Shown: positions 13,184 to 25,580 of the stretch, one piece after another
Position numbering within the stretch: the first letter of the stretch is position 1
Layout of the letters: each line of letters starts with the position of its first letter
Source of the DNA: Pseudovirgaria hyperparasitica
Taxonomy: Eukaryota
DNA length: 64,000 nt
Reading direction: 5' to 3' (one strand)
NCBI GenBank assembly: GCA_010093815.1
Contig: ML996565.1
Notes under the pieces: model-generated
Told to the model about the DNA's origin: nothing
The model's database searches: none
Seen by the model: only the letters and a program-made list of their open reading frames with translations
Program-made: the position numbers and the translations under genes

Positions 13184-14059
13184 ATGCCTGAGTATCGACT
13201 CGCCCTGAACGCAGAGGGAGATCTAGTTGGAAGGTTCGTCGCTAGCTAGCCAGAGCTTTTGTCAGATATTCTTCTGATACGCGAGACTGATACGCCCTAT
13301 CAGACATGTCTCTTTCCAGTCCCAGTCACATTTAGGTCTACGTTCACAGATGGAATCCCGAATCGTTTGCGACACTGAATGCCGCCGCGCGTCACAGGAA
13401 AACCTTGAGGCGCTAATAGCGGACACCGCTGCCATATGGTCCTCGCGTCGTGCGTCTGGCGAGAATGCTGAAGGACACTCCGAGTCAAGGTGGGGGATGA
13501 CTTGAATATCAGGCTAGACATGCTGACCAGCTTGTTTAGCAATTCATATACTCAGCAGGATATGGACTGGTGTTCTGCGGGTATGCTTCCATTTCTGCAG
13601 CAAGTTTTTGATTCGGTCACGGACGACACAGTACGGTATGCCAAAGAGAATCCTATACAGTTCGTAATGCGCATCCTGAGTGCCCTTGTGGTTCTCAATC
13701 CCACTACTGTGTCGATTCCAATCCTCAATCTGCTTGGATGGGGTTCTTTAGGGCCTATCGGTGGTATGTACCAAGCATTGACTGCGAGACCCAAACCACG
13801 AACTGTTGCATCGATTGATTTACTGATTTTTGTAGGCTCATTTGCGGCGTTCGTACAGACACCGCTAACTGCCGCTGGGAGCATCTTCGCAATACTTCAA
13901 AGTGCAGCCATGGGTGGCTACGGAACGACAACTGTAGCTTCTTTTGTGCGAGCCCTTGCACTCTCTCCTCACGCTTATGATTTGTTGATATGTGTGTTGC
14001 GAATGATGAATGTCGACGAACTGGCCCGAGATCTTGAAATCGCTAGAGCAGACTTGTGA
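13184..14059 (+). CDS. IFI6/IFI27 (Ifi-6-16)-like small membrane protein, ~227 aa; exons 13184-13233, 13304-13489, 13540-13763, 13836-14059
   Basis: Three phase-compatible GT-AG introns with CTGAY branch sites. Spliced C-half reads LGWGSLGPIGGSFAAFVQ...AGSIFAILQSAAMGGYG, the Gly/Ala/Ser pattern typical of this family. Confidence 0.7.
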
Positions 14060-14229
14060 AGATTGTTTGCTAGACAATGTTCATTGTAGGCTGTACAGCT
14101 GTAAAGATCATCGGCCAAAGTCTGAGGAATGCTTTAAAAAAGCTGTTGGATCTCACCTTCTTAATTGAACAATGCGGCCTAGACCTTAAGCACGATGTAG
14201 TGGATACCGATAGCTAGAACTGCCATAGA

Positions 14230-15355
14230 CTATATCTTGCTACGCTCAGAGGAGGGATTTGAAACAGGCAGATCTTTCCCGCCATTCATCGCCTTGCAAA
14301 GGAAGTCTACGGCTTTGACAGACATCTCTGTTGTCATTTGGTGCCCAACGCCGTCGTAGATGACGTCCTCGAAGTGTATAGCATCTTGAACTGTGTCATC
14401 CTGGTTATCTAAACTCTCCTTGAGATTCTTCAGGAACTGACGCCCAGCCGAGTAAGGTACGAGCTTGTCAGCGCCGCCAGATAGGTTCAAGATGCGCTTT
14501 CCGGACAGATGCTGTTTTACCTTTTCGCTAAAGCGATGTTTCAGATCTCCAACGACTTCTTCGCTTTTATTACCCTCACTGAGGTAACTAGCTGGATCCC
14601 ATTGCCGGATCGCTTCCATCAGTGCTGGCGGAAAGTCTGGTGATCCCAAGAACTCGGATCCTGGTGGACTAGTCTCCGTCCATGTCCTTAATTTGGACTT
14701 TTCTGCGCGGTGTGTCATAACGCTGGTATAATCGGGACATCCTATCACTATCACTGCCGCAGTTATGCGAGGCTCGAATAGAATGCAATGCCAGGCAGCA
14801 TGTCCACCAAGGGACACACCGAGCACGAAGTTCGACATGATTCTATGACTGTTGGTAGGGAAAGCGTATGCGGGAAGATAGGAGAGAAGTAGAGACGTGT
14901 CTTGGGCTGTGCCATCTGGAATGCAGTACATTAGCTAAAAGTCGCAGTCACAAACAAGCAGGCAACTCACGATAGCAACTAAACATGTCCTGAGCATGGC
15001 GTGGGTTCCCATTACGCCATGCTTCATTGGCGACCTTATCTACCAGACGGCTTCCATGATTTCTTTGGTCGAATGACACTGCAATAAGGCCTTTGAGGTG
15101 GCTGGTCGAGCCCTCGGCCGCTTTCTTCCTGCTATCCCATGTATATAGCAATTGTGATGCAATTGCGTCCATTGTATTTTTGGTTTGTAGTCTTGGATGC
15201 AAGAGCCAGACACATGCGACCTCATAAATGTCTGGAGGCAGCTCATCTAGCCCGTAGACCGTGGTAAGGATGCCAGCGATGGGGAAGGTTTTCTGGGAGA
15301 CCGGGTGTGTATTGTGGTGTGAGTGTGTGTTTTCTAGAGGATTCAAGCCGGCCAT
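14230..15355 (-). CDS. Alpha/beta-hydrolase fold protein, ~356 aa; exons 15355-14971, 14915-14230
   Basis: FDQRNHG, nucleophile elbow GVSLGGH, GGADKLVP, GVGH. Intron GTGAGT...GCTAAT...CAG. Confidence 0.9.
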
Positions 15356-16066
15356 GTTGGAGGAAGTCTGAGCCAGTCAGTCGATTGTATGATCAGAAAA
15401 GGGTATATACGCTTGATGGTTGACGATGTTGAACGTTATGGACAGTAAATTGTAAGCAGTGACATGACCAAACCCAAAGGCCCGAGGTCCAAAGTCGAAT
15501 GGCCGTTATTCACGGATCCATGATGGTCCAGGGCCCCTCTAGTCCTGGCATAGGCTACTATTATTACCCATACCTAGGTAGATGCCCACGTTGCGCTACC
15601 TTGATGCAGCCTAGCTGGCCGTAGCTCGGTGGCATTATCCCTGCCCAGGTAATAGCTGGTGATCAACGCCAACGCCAACTTTAATCTCCCTGACACGAAC
15701 GACGCAGAATCGTGAGCACCACCACGTTTTCACTCTTTCACATTTCTGTCTCATTACATTCTATATATTGATCTGCTCATGCTTCAGCTTTCATCAGGTC
15801 TGCAGACGTGTTTGGCAAGCCCCCCATAAGCTTCGCTGAGCTCCTAAAGACTACTCATCAACGACACAACCTTCCCAGTGGAATGCACTCTCTGTCATCC
15901 CATGATACAACAGAACAACTTTGTGGCCTGATCATTCTCAAGAGACGGGACACAGGATCATATCTGGAACCATCTGTGGCTGAACAAGGCAAGCAGGTCG
16001 TTCATCGCAAATCTTTGCAATAGGCACACCCGGTATAAGTCGACTGCGGCGAACCTTCAACCACAG

Positions 16067-19000
16067 ATGGCGACCTCCCCCGACGCGGTATCTCCGTTGA
16101 CTTCGCCAAACGCCCAAAGAGACAATTCTGCACGCCAGACCGCTCCCTCCCAACGTACTTTGCAGCCAAGCATCGTGAGGGAGAACAAGGGTACAAAGAA
16201 TGAGGATCTTCCACTTCCAGAAACACCAGGTTCTGTAAAATTTGTCTCCCAGCTCACTGAGCCCCAAGAGTTTCCTTTCCCACATGGTCGGGCTAGCAAT
16301 TCTGCTCCGGACGTTGTGGAAGGCCGATATGATGGCGGGATCGATTCGAGACCAGCATCAAAGCCACCATCCCTCGCTCCTCCGTCCCGCAAAGCAACGA
16401 ACCAAAGCGAAATAGAGTCTGTTGATCGCAGGAGTGTACAATTTGCATCGTCACGGTCTGAAACATTCGAGCAGGGCCATTCACGGAATCAATCGAGAGA
16501 AGTAGGGGATGCAGATGCGGGCTCAAAACAAGGGCAATCACTACTCTCAAAGCTCAAAGCTCTGGCGACGCCAACTGCCATGCAGACTCATGGGAGAACT
16601 TTTAGCAGTTTCACGATCGCTGGCCCCACTATCGAGGAAAAGCCACCTGGGCTGGGCACTCCCCTGTATGAAAGAGATCAACCATACTTTCCCACCGGTG
16701 ATGGAAATGAGGCAGACGCAGAAGAAAGCGGTGGTGAGGGACCATCAGACCTTAGAACGAGAAGGAGATCTCGTCGGCCATGGAATCCGGAAGGAGGCAC
16801 TCATACTGCACCGACTACGCCAAAAGCGGCTTCAAAGATGTCTTCTTTCCTCCGCGACTCACCGACGATTACCCCTACATCGCCTCGTCCGATGTTTGGA
16901 CGTCGTGCTACCATGACAGATATACCTGAAAATCAAAGAGTGGGCGTCTCTGAGGACGAGGGCCGTGATAGAATAGCAAAGAAGAGCGCTTGGGCGCGTG
17001 GTATGAACAGTGCGGCTCGGGGACTGACATACACACGTCGGAACGAAAATCTAGAGACCCCGGAAGGCAGGAGACCCATGAACCTTCGAAGATTCACAGG
17101 AATGGGTAGTAATCCGCAGGGCACAGAAGCTTCGCCATCAGCTTGGCGATTACGAGGAGAGCGTACCTCTAGTATCAGTGCCCAGAAGTGGCGGCAACTG
17201 AAAGCCGGGTTGAAAATGTTAGGCCAGAAGCGTAAAGAGGAAAACAAAGTCGACCACGCTAAGTCTGCTGAGCTCATGGCTGAGCTGTTAGCAGGCGCTC
17301 CAGCTGCGCTCTTATTGGCAAGCATGTTCCAACGTGATGAGCATGGTCATAAGAGGATACCAATTCTCTTGGAACAGCTCAAGATTCGAATTGCTGATAG
17401 TGAAAGAATTGAAAACAAAGGTGGCGATCGACATGTGCTCTTTCGTATCGAGCTGGAATATGGGAGTGGTCTGACACGGATGAAATGGGTGATTCACAGA
17501 ACATTGCGAGACTTTGCCAACCTGCACATCAAGTACAAGCTACAAGCCCAATCGGACAAGTATCTCAGCCTTGGTCTGAAAGACTCTAGCAAAAATGAGC
17601 TCCCCAGGTTTCCGAGGAGTGCTCTCCCATATCTTCGTGGAATGCGAGGCCTGGTCGATGACGGCGAGGAAGAGGAAGAGGAGGAAGAGTTCGGTGTTAC
17701 CAGTGCCCCCGAAGGAGAGGCAAGCGGCCCGGAAGGCCCTCAACGCCCACACCGACGCCGGCAAAGGTCTTCTTTTGCTTTTGCGCGGCGGAAGTCCAGT
17801 ATATCTGGCCCGCAGACTCCAGGTCTAGGCGCCGAAACAGCCAGAAATGGTAGTGTTGCGGGTGTGCTAACGTCAGCATCAGCTACCGCCGGTGGCCGCA
17901 AAGAGACGTACGCCGAACGGCAAAGGAAGAAACTCCAGATCTACTTGCAACAGCTCATAGCATACTTCATCTTCCGTGCGGACAGCAATAGACTGTGCAA
18001 ATTTCTCGAACTCTCTGCTCTTGGGGTTCGTCTAGCCACGGAAGGCGGTTACCATGGCAAGGAGGGCTTGATGGTAATCCAGTCCGGAAAAGGAATCGAT
18101 TTTCGAAGAGCCTGGAATCCTGCGCTGGTAGCGGCGAGGCACTCACCGAAATGGTTCCTGGTTCGGCACAGCTATATCGTGTGTGTTGACTCTCCGGAAG
18201 AGATGAATGTGTACGATGTCTTCTTGGTAGACTCAGACTTCAAGCTAGACACGATCAAGAAGCGTCTCCGCGACTCAAAACCACAAGAGATAGCAAGCAA
18301 GGCAAAGGCTTCAGCGACTCACCCCAAACACCACCAGCTGAAAGTGTCCAACTCGGAGAGGAAGATCAAGCTGCTTGCCAGGAATGAACGTCAGCTGCAA
18401 CAGTTTGAAGATTCCATCAAATTTATGGTCTCATTAACAGATTGGGCGAAAGAGCACCGATTCGGCAGTTTTGCACCAGTGCGGCACAACGTCTTTGCTC
18501 AATGGCTTGTGGACGGAAGAGATTACATGTGGAACGTTTCCAGGGCCATAAGTATGGCCCGTGACGTGATATACATTCACGACTGGTGGCTCAGCCCAGA
18601 GCTGTACATGCGACGACCCGCAGCCATCAGCCAGAAATGGAGACTTGACAGATTACTGCAACGCAAGGCCCAAGAAGGAGTCAAAGTCTTCGTGATCATG
18701 TACCGGAATATCAATACAGCGATACCGATCGACTCCGAATACTCTAAATTCTCACTACTGGATCTTCACCCGAACGTCTTTGTCCAACGCTCGCCGAACC
18801 ATTTAAGGCAAAACACGTTCTTCTGGGCTCACCACGAGAAGATTTGCATTATCGATCACACCGTGGCCTTCTGTGGTGGTATAGATCTCTGCTTTGGGAG
18901 ATGGGACACCCCTCAGCATTCAGTTATCGACGACAAACTCACAGGTTTTGAGCTTAGTGATGCACCAAAGGATGCTGACCACTGTCAGCTTTGGCCTGGA

Positions 19001-21591
19001 AAAGATTACTCGAACCCGCGTGTTCAGGACTTCTATAACCTGGACAAGCCGTACGAGGAAATGTATGACCGTGCCAAAGTTCCACGTATGCCGTGGCATG
19101 ACATTGGAATGCAGATTGTGGGCCAACCTGCTCGCGATCTGACTCGCCATTTTGTGCAAAGATGGAACTATATCCTCCGCCAAAGGAAACCCTCGCGTCC
19201 AACACCCTTTCTATTACCCCCACCTGACTTCAATCCTGCTGATCTAGAAGCACTCGGCCTCGATGGCACTTGTGAGGTCCAAATGCTGCGCTCTGCTTGC
19301 AGCTGGTCAATGGGTACACCTAATAGGGTCGAGGACAGCATTATGCAAGCCTACATGAAGATGATTCAAACCTCTGATCATTTTGTCTACATCGAAAATC
19401 AGTTCTTCATCAGCAGCTGTACTATCGAGGGAACGAAGATGCAGAACCACATCGGCGACGCGCTTGTCGAACGTATCAAGCGTGCGGAGCGCAACGATGA
19501 GGACTGGAGAGCAGTCATTGTGATCCCGCTTATGCCTGGGTTCCAGAGTACAGTCGACAGCCAAGACGGCAGCAGTGTCCGACTCATTATGACTTGCCAG
19601 TACCGCAGCATTTGTCGAGGTCCGACTTCAATCTTCGGCCGATTGAGGGCTGCCGGCATCGAGCCGGAGGATTACATCCAATTCTACGCTCTCCGGTCTT
19701 GGGGTAAGATTGGACCAAACAAGACGCTTGTAACAGAACAACTCTACATCCATGCCAAATGCATGGTCGTGGATGATCGTGTTGCCATCATTGGATCGGC
19801 CAACATCAACGAACGCTCCATGCTTGGATCAAGGGACTCCGAGGTCGCTGCTATCGTTCGAGATACGGAATTGATAGATTCATATATGGCTGGTCAGCCG
19901 TACAAGGTCGGGAAATTCGCACACACTCTTCGGATGCGTCTGATGCGCGAGCATCTTGGCATAGACGTTGATGAGCTGATGGAGGAAGAATGCCAGAGTG
20001 AGCAGTGGGAGCGTGAGCAGGCAGAGTTCAACTCCGAGGCCTCGATACCGTCTTCTCCAGCTTCAGACAAATTGACGGAGCAGAAATTGATAGAGTCGCA
20101 ACACAGGGTTCAGGACGAACTCATAGCCAAGGCCGACCGACTACACAGCTTCAATCACGATGTGGACTGGGAACAAGAAAACAATCCTCATCTGATTGCG
20201 AATAAGAAGGTCACTGCGGACTCACGTGTGACTAGAAACGAAGAGCACGAACGAGATGTCCGTGGCGAGGGCGCAGACAACATGCTCAAGGTCATGCAAC
20301 GGCCTGAGTTCCTTGGCCGTGACTCGCAGATCACAGACAACGGTAGAGAGGTCCTCGTTAGCAACATTGCTGCAGAAGGCAGGCCTGTTGGCTCAGTCCC
20401 GAGTCCTAAGAGACATCGCAAGACAAGGGATCGGAGCAACACGGTGAAGACTGCCACGAGCGGTTCGAGCGCAAAGACCGTTCCAAATGGAAATGCAACA
20501 CTACCGCCACCCCAAGTACAGCGCATGCTGACAGAGGCGTTGGGCCTACCGCATCTCAGCACCCTACCAGCTTTGCCGCCTATGGACGACTCCGATATTG
20601 GTGGTCCGCCTCTCCAGCGATCGTTTAGTGGTGCCACTGCCAGACTCGTCAACCCTCTAATCTCAGAGATGCGTCGCCCTATCGTCACTCCAGACTGCAT
20701 GCGTGATCCAGTTGCCGACAATTTCTTTCTCGACACCTGGCATCAGATTGCGGAGAACAACACAAAGTTGTTCCGGCTTGTGTTCCGATGCCAACCAGAC
20801 AATGAGGTGCGAACATGGGATGAATACAAAGCATACAATGCTTTCAGTGAACGCTTCAGTCAGTCTCAGGGTGCTGGTAAGAGTACAGCTCGTAGACAAC
20901 ACGAAAACTCGACTCGTGCTACTGGTCCCCCGGGCGGAGACAAGACGCACATTGCGCAGGTACCTGGCAACTTAGAGAAGAAAGCAGAGGCATTGAACGA
21001 GCATATCCACGACAAAATCGAGCACCGCAACCCACATCATCCCATGGGCAAGGTTGAGACTTGGGCTGCAGAGCAACAAGACGAGGCCTTGCGCGGATCC
21101 ACTCCCACCACTGGAGGCAAAGACGAACACTTGGATGAGAAGGCAGCGCTCAGGCAGAGTAACAGCAATTCTACGCATGATACACAGGCGACAACCGACA
21201 CGACGACATTTCCACCCCCACCTCCTATCCCCGAGGATGATGCCTTCGCCCTGCGGAATAGAGCGGTCACGTACTCGGAAGACGCAAAGCCGATTGGTAC
21301 GAGCGGCAGCCAGAAGCGACGCCGACGCGCAACCACGAAGAGCTCAGCCAAAGCATTCAGCGCGACTGACAACGACCTCATGCTTGACAAGGAGGACGCG
21401 GAGGTCCTCTTGAACATGGTGCAGGGACACCTCATCAGCTGGCCATACGACTGGCTCGAGAAGGAAGAGAGGGGTAGCGGGTGGCTGTACACGGTCGACC
21501 AGATTGCACCCCTGGAGATTTAGTAAGTGCCTGCGAGATGCGGTGTCTGTTGTTTATGTGCATTATACTTACTGGTTGGTCCAGTTCTTGA
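16067..21591 (+). CDS. SPO14: Phospholipase D1 (PX-PH-2xHKD), ~1820 aa; exons 16067-21522 and probably 21585-21591
   Basis: HKD motifs HHEKICIID and HAKCMVVD, IGSANINERS, RMPWHD, YIENQFF. The apparent TAG at 21521-23 overlaps a GTAAGT donor, giving the spliced end APLEIYS*. Confidence 0.95.
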
Positions 21592-22858
21592 TGCGTGTTA
21601 TGCATTCTTTTGCAATGTTTAGCCTTGCGACGCGACTTACGGCAGTGATGGCGGCTTGCGACGCCATTTTCAGCGCATAATTGTTACTTGCGACACAGAC
21701 TTGAGCATGTGACTACGGTTGCAACTTGTCACTTCATCAGCCTTCGGATAAGACTATCCGTCAAGTGTAGAATCACTTCTCAGCGACCCTGCGAAAAGAA
21801 ACATGACTGCCGTTTCACCTTTGGCAACAACAAGAATCACTATTGATCTCATCACAAGTTCTTTGGGTTATCATTACGCTTTGGATCGCATCACTCCAGT
21901 AAAAGATCATACAGCAGTATGACCACTGATCTTGGTCATCGGATAGTTTGGAGAAGACGCCAGGGCTTTCTCGCTTGAACCTGCCGTCAAGAGCCTATCC
22001 GTGGCTCTCCTACCTCGCCCATTTTTTCATAATTTTGAATCATCGAATGCATCAGCGCCGGCGTTTCATTTCTTGTTAGAAAAGGAAGGAGAATAAATCT
22101 TCAGCATCACCGCCCTCGAACGCCGAGATCTGGATGGGTGGAGAGATGCACATGTTGTCTCGAGTGTGAAGCTAGACGTCATATTGGTCTTTGGTCGTTG
22201 TGTGTGGGTGTGTGTGTATGGTGTATTTCTAGATCTACTATTAGCATTGCGTTGTGTAGTGTAGTTAGCGTAGCTAGGCTAGACTGGGATGGAATTGCAT
22301 CAATGGAATGTGTGTGCATGTGTGCTGCCTGCATACCCAGACCTTTTTCGAGTCTCACGTCTTTTCTGTGCAGTGATGTGCTACGGTGGTAGTAAAGTCT
22401 TAGTCGCCTGACCAATACAACCTTATATCAACATCGAAGTCAGCACTAATACCGTGCCACGGAGATAGATGTAGATGGAGATTTGAAAGTGGACGTTGCC
22501 ACATCTCAATGTCGCGATATGGTATGTTACCCCTTTCGCGTCTGACAGGCCTGTATATACCTACCTACCTCGCTCTAGATATACGTACGTGAATGCTTGG
22601 CTGATGTAAGAGTTTAGGAATATATTCATAGGTTTTGGAAGAATATATACTAGGCAGTATAATAATAGTTTAGAATAGTATCATAGTCTTGACGTGTCGG
22701 TGGATGGTAGGTACACTTTGACATAGGATCTATTCTACATAGACGTCTCTACTAGCATAGATTTTTTATCAATGTCAGCTCGCACGACAGATGTGATGGT
22801 AAGTGATTATATGTATATGCTTAAATATTGGCGCGCATGACAGAGATGAAATGATAGG

Positions 22859-22862
<4 letters not shown>

Positions 22863-22889
<27 letters not shown>
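22863..22889. repeat. (TA)n microsatellite
   Basis: About 13 consecutive TA units. Confidence 0.9.
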
Positions 22890-23005
22890 CTTAACATATT
22901 CTTTTAAACACAGCTCAATATCGGGTATCTATAACTCCTTACTCCCCTCCTCTCCCAACCAATATTCTCTCACCCTCTCCCTCTCCCTCTCTCCACCCTA
23001 CCTAC

Positions 23006-25580
23006 TCAAAACCCAACCCACCCCTCCCGAACCCCCGCAATCAACCCACCCATCAGCCCCTCCAGATCCCTCAACACGGGCAAAACCTCCAGTCGCGCCA
23101 GTTGCTCCGTCGGTCTGCTACCACCACTTGTACTCCCACTTCCAGTCCCACTACCACTCCCACTCCCACTCCCACTACTCCCACCATCCAACAATGCATA
23201 AATACTACTCTTCCCGCGCGGGCCCACACGCACGGCACTAGCGCGTGAGAGAACGGATTCGAGCGCGGCGTGCTGGGTGCGGAGGAGGGTTGTTAGGCGG
23301 GTTGCTGCGGGGTCGGTGTCTGTGTCTGTGTCTGTGTTTGGGTTTGGGTTTGTTTCTACCCCTGTTTCTGTTCCAGCGTCTGCTGTTCCTTCCGTGTGTG
23401 TTTTAGCGTTGGCGGCTGCTGCTGCTGCGGGTGATGTAGACGTCGACGTCGACGCAGCCGCGAGATGCCCGATACACGCCCTCGCGGCGTCCAGATCAGC
23501 CTTTTCTGCGCCGGAACCTGCAGCTGCACTCTCCCCCGTACTCCCACCGACAACACGCACCGCGACGCCGAAACAGAGTCCCACGCCAGCCATATACGCA
23601 GCGTGGATGCGCAGCCACCAGCGGCGATGGGCATCTGCGGGATGCGTGTTGAGTAGAGGGAGTAAGGCTGCGATCTGGCGGGCTGCGGAGGCAATGTGCG
23701 TGTGAGAATGGGCGATTTGGGCGGCGAAGGGGGCGGGCCAGGGGGGGTGTTGGTTGTGGTGGGGGAGCGGGGGTAAGGATGTAGATGTGGAGGCGGCGTG
23801 CAGGTGTGTGTAGAGGAGGATTATGGTGGAGAGGTAGAGGATCTGTTGGGGGGTGTTAGATTGATCAGAGGGAGAGGGAGAAAAAGGGGGGACATACGTG
23901 GACGAGAAGCGCCGCCTGGCGCTGTCGCGGCTCCAGGACGGCCGCGCCGACGGGCGAGACGGCGGTGAGATTGCGCAGCTGCATGAGCGGATGCAAGTCG
24001 CGCTCCCACAGCTCGATCTTGCGCAACAAGAGCGCGACAGTCTCGGCGCTGCACGCTGCCGGCGTGCGCAGCGAGGCGGCGACCTCGGCGGCCAGCACGA
24101 CGATGCTGGTGCTGTAGTGCTGAATCGCGTCGTCTGGGCCGGCGGCAACGAGGCCGAAGCAGACGCTTGCGACGTCGGTGTCGGTGATATCGGTGCTGTA
24201 GCCCAGCGTGACGCTGGTCCAGGCGTCCATGAAGATGAGGCTGCGGTAGACGCGGCGCCACATGTCTGCGTCTGGGAGGCGGGCGAAGTCCTGGTATTTC
24301 CAGCGGGCGAGGCGGAGGCCGGTGGCGGCGAGGGGCTTGCTGGTGAGGTGTTTGGACAGGGTTGCGTGGTAGGAGAGGCAGAGGAAGAGGCGCATGGTGC
24401 GGAGGTAGTCTGTGCGGGAGGGGAGGGCGGTTTCGAGGAGAGCGGTGGCGGAGGCGTGGAGGGCGTGTCGCATGGAGGGCGGGATGGAGGGTGTGTAGAA
24501 GGAGCCGAGGGAGGCGAGGACGAATGCTTCGGCGAGGGCCATGGGGTCGGTGGTGGTGGTGGAGGTGTTCGTTCCCGGGGCGTAAATCCGGGATAGGAGG
24601 GCGGAGACGTGGTCGAGTGGCCAGGCGAAGATGGTTGCGGAGGTGGAGGTGAGGAATGTGTGTGCGGCTTCGCGGACGATGTGTTCGGGTGGGAGGTTTG
24701 ATGCGGAATAGAGCTGGACGCCGGAGGAGAGGAAGTCGGCGCGCATGTGGGCGAGATCCTTCATGGCGAGGCTCATGGATTCGGTGTATTTGTCCATCTC
24801 GGGCGTGGCCACGCTGCCCATGGACATTGGACTGCCGGAGCTGGCGCGGTCGAGCAGGAGGAGCTCCTGTGATTGATGGCTCCGTGGTCGGTCGTCTGCG
24901 GTGTGAGAGGAGGGATTCCCGTATGGGGTGCCGCGGTCCTTGAGGGCGGCCTGCTTGCGGCGGAAGTCGTCGAGGTAGTCCTGGTATCTGGCATATGCGT
25001 CTGTCTTCTTGTATGCCTCCATCTGCATCTCGTACTCCTGCATTGCACGGGCGGCAGCACACTCCCATCGATGCTTGTCTTCGGCGGGGAGGTGTTGCCA
25101 GCGTCGACCAACCTCACGTGCAATGTCAACAAAGGAAAGACTGCTGACGGCCGGGTCCAGCCTGAGGTTGTCTGCAAAGTTCACATACGCGGTCCGCGGC
25201 TTCTTGGGGGCATGCTGGTCCGGCTTGGGATGTCTGCGATACCTCCTCTTCCCGCCCTCCTTGGTCGGCGTCTTGGACGGGGTGGGCGGCTGGGCAGGAA
25301 ACGGAAAAGAGTCCATGCCCGGGAAGGTGGTGGGCAGCGGTGAGGAGCTCTCGGAGCGAATGTCCGACTCGGAGAACAGCTGGGCGGCTGGAGGGAGGCC
25401 ACGGGAGTTTGCAATCTCGCGCTGCAGCGTCCGGCGATGGCCAATCTTGAAGCCGAGCTCTTTCAGGTCGTCCTCTGTCACGTCCATGACGACGTCCCAC
25501 GTCTCGAAGCCATTCTCAGACAGGACCGACAGGTACTGGGACAGACCCAGACGGTCCAGCACGTCTGCGAGTTCCGGCAT
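23006..25580 (-). CDS. Transcription regulator: N-terminal SAM domain + HMG box + fungal-TF middle-homology-like region, ~839 aa; exons 25580-23898, 23842-23006
   Basis: SAM: LDRLGLSQYLSVLSENGFETW...TEDDLKELGFKIGHRRTL. HMG: APKKPRTAYVNFA...SFVDIAREVGRRWQHLPAEDKHRWE. MHR-like: WRRVYRSLIFMDAWTSVTLG. Intron GTATGT...TCTAAC...CAG, phase 0. Confidence 0.85.
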
